Below the pieces are notes generated by a model. That model had not been told where the DNA came from and made no database searches. It saw only the letters and a program-made list of their open reading frames with translations. 40,051 bases of DNA. Source: Minisyncoccota bacterium (GTDB taxonomy: Bacteria > Patescibacteriota > Minisyncoccia > Phycocordibacterales > JAACPR01). Where the stretch lies: assembly GCA_043728995.1 (NCBI GenBank), contig JAYTLZ010000014.1, forward strand, positions 1 through 40,051. Direction: 5' to 3'. Shown piece after piece: positions 35,757 to 40,051 of this stretch (its first letter is position 1; each line of letters begins with the position of its first letter). Both the position numbers and the translations under genes were made by a program.

Positions 35757-36703
35757 GCAGGCCCACGCCCAAGGTTTTCATATCATATTCCCACGACAGC
35801 GAAGCGCATAAAGACTGGGTGCTGACTTTGGCAACGCGTCTGATGAGCAACGGCGTCAATGTCGTCCTTGACCAATGGGACCTTGAGCTCGGCGGGGACC
35901 TGCCACTCTTCATGGAATCTGGCCTGACCTCGGCCGACAGAGTCATCGCGGTGTGCACAGGAGCGTATGTCGAGAAGGCCAACGCAGGCAAAGGTGGCGT
36001 AGGCTACGAAAGGATGATCATTACCCCTAGCCTTATGAGGAACATCAGCGACACGACTATTATTCCCGTGATTCGCAACAGCGAGGACGCCCCTACTCCC
36101 ACGTTCCTTGCCTCAAAGCTCTACATCGACTTTCGAAACGACTCGGACCTCGAAGCCGGTTACGCGCGGCTTATAAGGGAAATCCATGGGGAAGGCGTGA
36201 AGCCGCGTCCCGCTCTCGGGCCAAACCCCTTCGACGACGACGTCAAATGGCGCGAGCCAAGGCTTGAGTTCTCAAGCGAGCGCTACGTCTCGCCTACCCT
36301 TCGCGGCGTCGTGACGTTTGATTACTCAGACAACAACGGGGAGTTCGTGCTCGGATCTGGAAAGATGGCCTTCGAAACGAAGTGGTCCAGCGCAAGCAAC
36401 GACTCCATCCATTCCTACGTCTGGAATGAAAACATCAGCACAATGGCAATTGCATTCGGAGTCGAGAAGATCAGCGACATCCGCGACGCCGGTGTCTTCA
36501 ACACCTCTTCGACGAGCCGGACACCCCGCATCAACGAAATCATCGTCTGGCAGAACTCCGCTGGCTACTATGCGGCAGCACTCATTGTGGCCGTCTCCTG
36601 CCGTTCGCACGGCCGGGAAGGAGACAGTGTAACCTTCTCCTACGTGGTCCAGCCCAACAGAACCGGCGACTTCAGCAATTTTGATGAGGTAGAAACTGTT
36701 TGA
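35753..36703 (+). CDS. TIR/SEFIR-type domain protein with uncharacterised ~165-aa C-terminal domain
   Basis: The N-terminus reads KVFISYSHDSEAHKDWVLTLATRLMSNGVNVVLDQWDLELGGDLPLFMESGLTSADRVIAVCTGAYVEKANAGKGGVGYE. This matches the bacterial TIR-like pattern (FISYSH, D.W.L, FME, VCT..Y, GV.YE). Confidence 0.8.
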   Translation: MSRPTPKVFISYSHDSEAHKDWVLTLATRLMSNGVNVVLDQWDLELGGDLPLFMESGLTSADRVIAVCTGAYVEKANAGKGGVGYERMIITPSLMRNISDTTIIPVIRNSEDAPTPTFLASKLYIDFRNDSDLEAGYARLIREIHGEGVKPRPALGPNPFDDDVKWREPRLEFSSERYVSPTLRGVVTFDYSDNNGEFVLGSGKMAFETKWSSASNDSIHSYVWNENISTMAIAFGVEKISDIRDAGVFNTSSTSRTPRINEIIVWQNSAGYYAAALIVAVSCRSHGREGDSVTFSYVVQPNRTGDFSNFDEVETV

Positions 36704-36715
36704 TAGCCTGAACGA

Positions 36716-36811
36716 GCCTTATTCCTAAGCAGCCTCCCTCCACTCCCCTGTGGATAAGGGTCTGCCAACCGTGCGAACTTCGTCCAACAAGGCGCACCAA
36801 GTCGGACAGCA
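36716..36811 (+). repeat. island junction copy 3 (right end, attR-like)
   Basis: CTAAGCAGCCTCCCTCC, then TGTGGATAA (36749-36757), then GTGCGAACTTCGTCCAACAAGGCGCACC (36771-36798), then AAGTCGGACAGCA. Confidence 0.8.
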
Positions 36812-36853
36812 TATCCACGTCTCATGCATCCTGTTTCGTGTTACCATTTACAT

Positions 36854-37564
36854 ATGAAAATTCTTATGATTCTCACCGGCTTACTCGTTATCGGTATTTT
36901 TTATGCATATCCGTTTTATAGGACGACCAAGATAAGTGCAAAACTAGAAGAGAACACAATTCCTTACGAGCAAAGCCCTGCAGATCCAGACATGACTATC
37001 CTCATCGCTGGTGATAGTACAGGCGTCGGAACAGGTGCAACGGAAACCCAAGATTCTACGGCTGGCAGAATCGGGTCACTGTATCCGCGCGCAACGATCA
37101 CAAATATTTCAGAAAATGGATTAAAGCTTGAAGATTTGGAACAAAAACTGAGCAGCGTATCTGATACATATGACCTCATCGTGCTTCAGATTGGAGCGAA
37201 CGATATCGTACGACTTTCTTCCTTCAAAAATATCGAGCAACGAGTTGAATCTGTACTCACGCTTGCAGAGGGCATTGCGGACAACGTCCTAGTCCTGACA
37301 TCAGGAAACATCGGCTCGTCCCCTACCTTTAGGTGGCCGCTCTCAGCACTGATGGACTATCGGACCCGGAAGGTGCGTGAGATTTTCTTGTCAAAAATTT
37401 CAACGCACCCAAAGATATCATACGTAGACTTATATAAAGAAAGAAAGGATGACGAGTTTTCAAAAGACCCTCAGAAATATTACGCAGCGGACAAATTCCA
37501 CCCAAGCAGCAATGGCTATGCGATCTGGTTTGAGAAGATGAAAAGCGTCCTTGCGAGCAAATAA
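36854..37564 (+). CDS. membrane-anchored SGNH/GDSL-family hydrolase
   Basis: MKILMILTGLLVIGIFYAY is the TM segment. ILIAGDSTGVGTGA is block I (GDS). LQIGANDIV is block III. DKFHPSSNGY is block V (DxxH). Confidence 0.8.
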   Translation: MKILMILTGLLVIGIFYAYPFYRTTKISAKLEENTIPYEQSPADPDMTILIAGDSTGVGTGATETQDSTAGRIGSLYPRATITNISENGLKLEDLEQKLSSVSDTYDLIVLQIGANDIVRLSSFKNIEQRVESVLTLAEGIADNVLVLTSGNIGSSPTFRWPLSALMDYRTRKVREIFLSKISTHPKISYVDLYKERKDDEFSKDPQKYYAADKFHPSSNGYAIWFEKMKSVLASK

Positions 37565-37577
37565 CAAAGTACTATAT

Positions 37578-37605
37578 TTGACTTTATAATTAAACATGGT
37601 ATTAT
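37578..37605 (+). promoter_or_regulatory. sigma70-like promoter with extended -10
   Basis: TTGACT at 37578-37583, a 16-nt spacer, then TGgTATTAT with the -10 at 37600-37605. Confidence 0.5.
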
Positions 37606-37660
37606 ATGTAAAAGTCAGAAAGGCATATTGCCCTTCCCTTTTCAACACACGTTTCCTATT

Positions 37661-37855
37661 ATGAAAATCATCGGTGCAACCTGGATGGCAGTTCTCTGTG
37701 CTGTAAATGTCTATAGCTACTTCGAGAAGGGCAAAGAGACACTTCCCTTGAGCATGGCGGTATTCACTGGACTGATGTTCATCGTATTCCTTGCATTTCC
37801 AACAAGGAGCAGCTGCACATCCTCAACCCCTGAAACTAAAACTGGCGAAAAATAA
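37661..37855 (+). CDS. small two-TM membrane protein
   Basis: MKIIGATWMAVLCAVNVYSYF... An alternative TTG start at 37628 is preceded by GAAAGG. Confidence 0.5.
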   Translation: MKIIGATWMAVLCAVNVYSYFEKGKETLPLSMAVFTGLMFIVFLAFPTRSSCTSSTPETKTGEK

Positions 37856-37865
37856 CTTCGCATTC

Positions 37866-37897
37866 AAGAAAGCCCAGCGTAACCCGCGGGCTTTTTA
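37866..37897. terminator. bidirectional intrinsic terminator
   Basis: AGCCC(A)GCG-taacc-CGCGGGCT followed by TTTTT, with an A-rich run upstream. It lies between convergent ORFs. Confidence 0.65.
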
Positions 37898-37928
37898 CTT
37901 ATACTAGGTTCACCTGCAACAAACTACG

Positions 37929-38495
37929 CTACTTACTCTTCCGTATCCCCTGCACAATATTTCTATACCCATCCCTCTCCACAATCTGCCATGCCTTATA
38001 GTACTCGACATTTTTCTCTGAATTTGATTTGGATTTCTCTACCTCTAATCGTTCTGGTTCATTCAATACGTCTCTGAACAAGTACTCTTCAACGGCAAAC
38101 ACATACACGTGACTTCTTGTACTATCTGTCTCTTCCTCATATCCTTTTATCAGTCCAATATCATTAAATAAATTGTGAAGTAGCTCGTGCAGCAGTACGC
38201 TGATGAACTCCTTCTCATCATACCGACTTCGAATAACGAGCGGTGCGCTCATGTCCCTGTCTGTCGCGGCAATAACGAATACCTCGATGTGGTTTCGAGT
38301 AAATTCCAAGCCTATCTTTTCCAACCCATCAAAAAAGGCATCCTCGTACTTAGCCCATTCCTGCTTGAACAACATGATCTTCTCATTCACCATGTCATCG
38401 CTCGGGAAAGCGAAATCAGGATACTTCTGCTCGATAAACACCTTGAAGAAGGGCTCGAGTAGCTTTCCTCGTTTGATTGTTAGTTTTGGTCTCAT
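37929..38495 (-). CDS. hypothetical protein with HExxH motif (possible metallopeptidase-like)
   Basis: 188 aa containing VLLHELLHNLF. No family recognised. Confidence 0.55.
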   Translation of the reverse strand: MRPKLTIKRGKLLEPFFKVFIEQKYPDFAFPSDDMVNEKIMLFKQEWAKYEDAFFDGLEKIGLEFTRNHIEVFVIAATDRDMSAPLVIRSRYDEKEFISVLLHELLHNLFNDIGLIKGYEEETDSTRSHVYVFAVEEYLFRDVLNEPERLEVEKSKSNSEKNVEYYKAWQIVERDGYRNIVQGIRKSK

Positions 38496-38609
38496 ATCAG
38501 TAATAGTAGCATACCTATCCCGCTCGACATGCTAAGGAGGATTCGAACCTAAACCCACCCTTCACCTTTCGCACCTTCTTCTTTCCCAAAAACGATATAT
38601 ACTACCCAT

Positions 38610-38987
38610 ATGGAAAACCAAATAAAGATCCTCATCGTTGAGGATGATGACCTGCTGCAGAGTGCTCTCATGAGCCGATTTCAGACTGAGGGATACAACG
38701 TATTAGTCGCAAATAACGGCGAGGAAGGGCTTGCACTCTTTCTGTCAGAAACACCCAACGTCGTGATCTCGGACGTCGTCATGCCCAAAATGGACGGCGT
38801 ACAGATGTTTGCACAGATAAAGGAGAAGAGACCTGACGACATGACTCCAATCATCATGCTCACCAACTCAGATGACATGAACAACCTCGCATCCGCGCTC
38901 AAGAACCACACGGTCACACACCTCCTCAAGTCAGGTCTCAAGCTCGACGACCTAGTCAAGATCGTAAAGGAAAAACTCGGACTGTAA
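38610..38987 (+). CDS. stand-alone response-regulator receiver (CheY-like)
   Basis: ILIVEDDD, the phospho-acceptor region VISDVVMPKMDG, and LLK. 125 aa with no output domain. Confidence 0.88.
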   Translation: MENQIKILIVEDDDLLQSALMSRFQTEGYNVLVANNGEEGLALFLSETPNVVISDVVMPKMDGVQMFAQIKEKRPDDMTPIIMLTNSDDMNNLASALKNHTVTHLLKSGLKLDDLVKIVKEKLGL

Positions 38988-39019
38988 TCCGAGTTGTTCT
39001 CCATTTTATATTTAGATAC

Positions 39020-40051
39020 TTATTTAAATGGAAACCTGACCGTAAAGGTCGTGTCGTCTTTTGATGTCACACCGATTGATCCTCCATGTAGTTCCATGAC
39101 CTTCTTGACCAAATACAGTCCAAGTCCTGTTCCGTCCTGCCCTGAATTGATGGAGCGCTCCGTTCGATGATATCCGTCAAAGATGTGCGCTATCTCGTCA
39201 TCCGTCATGCGGTCGCCGTGGTTAGTGATACTCAACGCATGATGTGCCGCTTCCTTTTTATATGAAATTCGTACCACTGTCCCCTCGTGCGCATACTTGA
39301 TCGCGTTTGAAATCAGGTTAAAGACCACATGATGGACCTGTTCGCGGTCGCAGAAGATCAGCTGCTTAGCAGACAGGCTTTCCTCAACCATAATCGTAAT
39401 CCTCCGCTTCTGCGCGGCAAACGTCATGCTCTGGGCGATCTCCATTATCATCTGTCTGATTAGCAAATCCTCCTTCTTGAGTCCCTTGGTGGAAGCCTCG
39501 ATCTTAGTAACAGACAACAGGTTGTTAATTCTCTGCAAAAGGTTGTTGGAAGTATCAAGCATCAGATTCAAGGTCTTCATAATCGCAGGCGCGAAAGCGT
39601 TCTCCTTTGCCTTGACCATACCCTCGATCGCCCAACTGATACCCGTCACTGGTGTACGGATCTCATGCGCTGCAAGTGAGAGGAACTCCTCCTTCTCCTC
39701 GATAAACTTGATCTCCCGCTTGAGGTTTTTTCTGATGGACATCAGGATGACCATCAGCACGAGCGCGACAAGAAACGGAATGACAGAGTTTGCGATTGCC
39801 TGGAAGAAGTACGGCTGCGCAGGCGTGTCGATTCCGAGCACCGCGATCATGCGGCCGTCCGGCAAGAAGATTGGCACCAGTCCAGACAGCCAAAATCCGT
39901 ACTCATCATCCGCGACGTCGATGCTCGCGACACCCGTCTCGAACACGTCATTCAGAATTTCTGACGGTTCCTCATACAATTGTCCTGGATACGAATAGTC
40001 CTCGGACGACGGGTCCTCTGAGTCCACAAAGAAGAACATCTCACCGTCAGG
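39020..40051 (-). CDS. sensor histidine kinase (N-terminus runs off the window)
   Basis: H-box SLAAHEIRTPVTG, N-box NLISNAIKYA, G-box GTGLGLYLVKKVMELHGG, and one TM segment. The frame stays open upstream of Met-40039 to the window edge. Confidence 0.88.
   Translation of the reverse strand, partial: PDGEMFFFVDSEDPSSEDYSYPGQLYEEPSEILNDVFETGVASIDVADDEYGFWLSGLVPIFLPDGRMIAVLGIDTPAQPYFFQAIANSVIPFLVALVLMVILMSIRKNLKREIKFIEEKEEFLSLAAHEIRTPVTGISWAIEGMVKAKENAFAPAIMKTLNLMLDTSNNLLQRINNLLSVTKIEASTKGLKKEDLLIRQMIMEIAQSMTFAAQKRRITIMVEESLSAKQLIFCDREQVHHVVFNLISNAIKYAHEGTVVRISYKKEAAHHALSITNHGDRMTDDEIAHIFDGYHRTERSINSGQDGTGLGLYLVKKVMELHGGSIGVTSKDDTTFTVRFPFK

Larger units (their letters stand above)
30400..36811 (+). 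mobile_element. tRNA-Lys-anchored mosaic genomic island (three tandem modules, no recombinase seen)
   Basis: GGCGCACCTTGTCGGACAGCA (30401-30421) and GGCGCACCAAGTCGGACAGCA (36791-36811) match at 19 of 21 positions. Internal copies of the AGGCGCACC core occur at 32431-32439 (exact) and 34555-34563 (AGCTGCACC). G+C shifts abruptly between ORFs. Cargo genes are TIR, PIN-like and DUF6879-like. Confidence 0.7.

Noticed and set aside
30409-36790. Integrase, excisionase or transposase gene inside the island
   Set aside because: None of the seven ORFs shows R..HxxR..Y, serine-recombinase or DDE patterns by eye. Only the HTH of ORF 35205..35756 is vaguely excisionase-like. Absence is therefore reported rather than a recombinase call.

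Overview
This 40 kb window looks like a small, streamlined bacterial genome. Features such as a hinge-less SMC, a NusB-Nudix fusion and N-terminally short IF-2 and ThrRS suggest a Patescibacteria/CPR-like organism, but that is only an inference. Most of the window is housekeeping: smc-like, rnc, nusB-Nudix, rpmF, rnhB, dnaE, thrS, clpB, a cysteine desulfurase, infB and rbfA. These genes are separated by very clear GC-rich hairpin plus T-tract terminators and TTGACA/TATAAT-type promoters, and several promoters sit only 6-9 nt from the start codon. There are five tRNA genes: Tyr-GTA, Cys-GCA, Leu-TAG, Leu-TAA and Lys-CTT. Accessory content includes a sortase and a repeat-rich PKD surface protein ending in a VPYTG-type sorting signal. 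It also includes an apparently solitary PemK/MazF-like toxin, a Phd/Doc-like pair next to tRNA-Cys, a KTSC+NYN pair next to tRNA-Tyr, and a two-component pair at the right edge. The most interesting region is about 30400-36811. There the 3' end of tRNA-Lys plus 13 nt of flank is repeated 6.4 kb downstream (19/21 identical). The interval is built from three modules separated by a conserved junction element. Its G+C swings sharply: hand counts of single 60-nt lines give about 60-70% or about 30-40%, against about 50% in the surrounding genes. It carries conflict-type genes: a TIR-domain protein translationally coupled to a zinc-ribbon/HTH protein, a PIN-like (DUF4935-like) zinc-ribbon protein, a DUF6879-like protein and several ORFans. 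I see no integrase or transposase in this window. I found no rRNA and no CRISPR array. All family names come from motif recognition by eye and need HMM confirmation.
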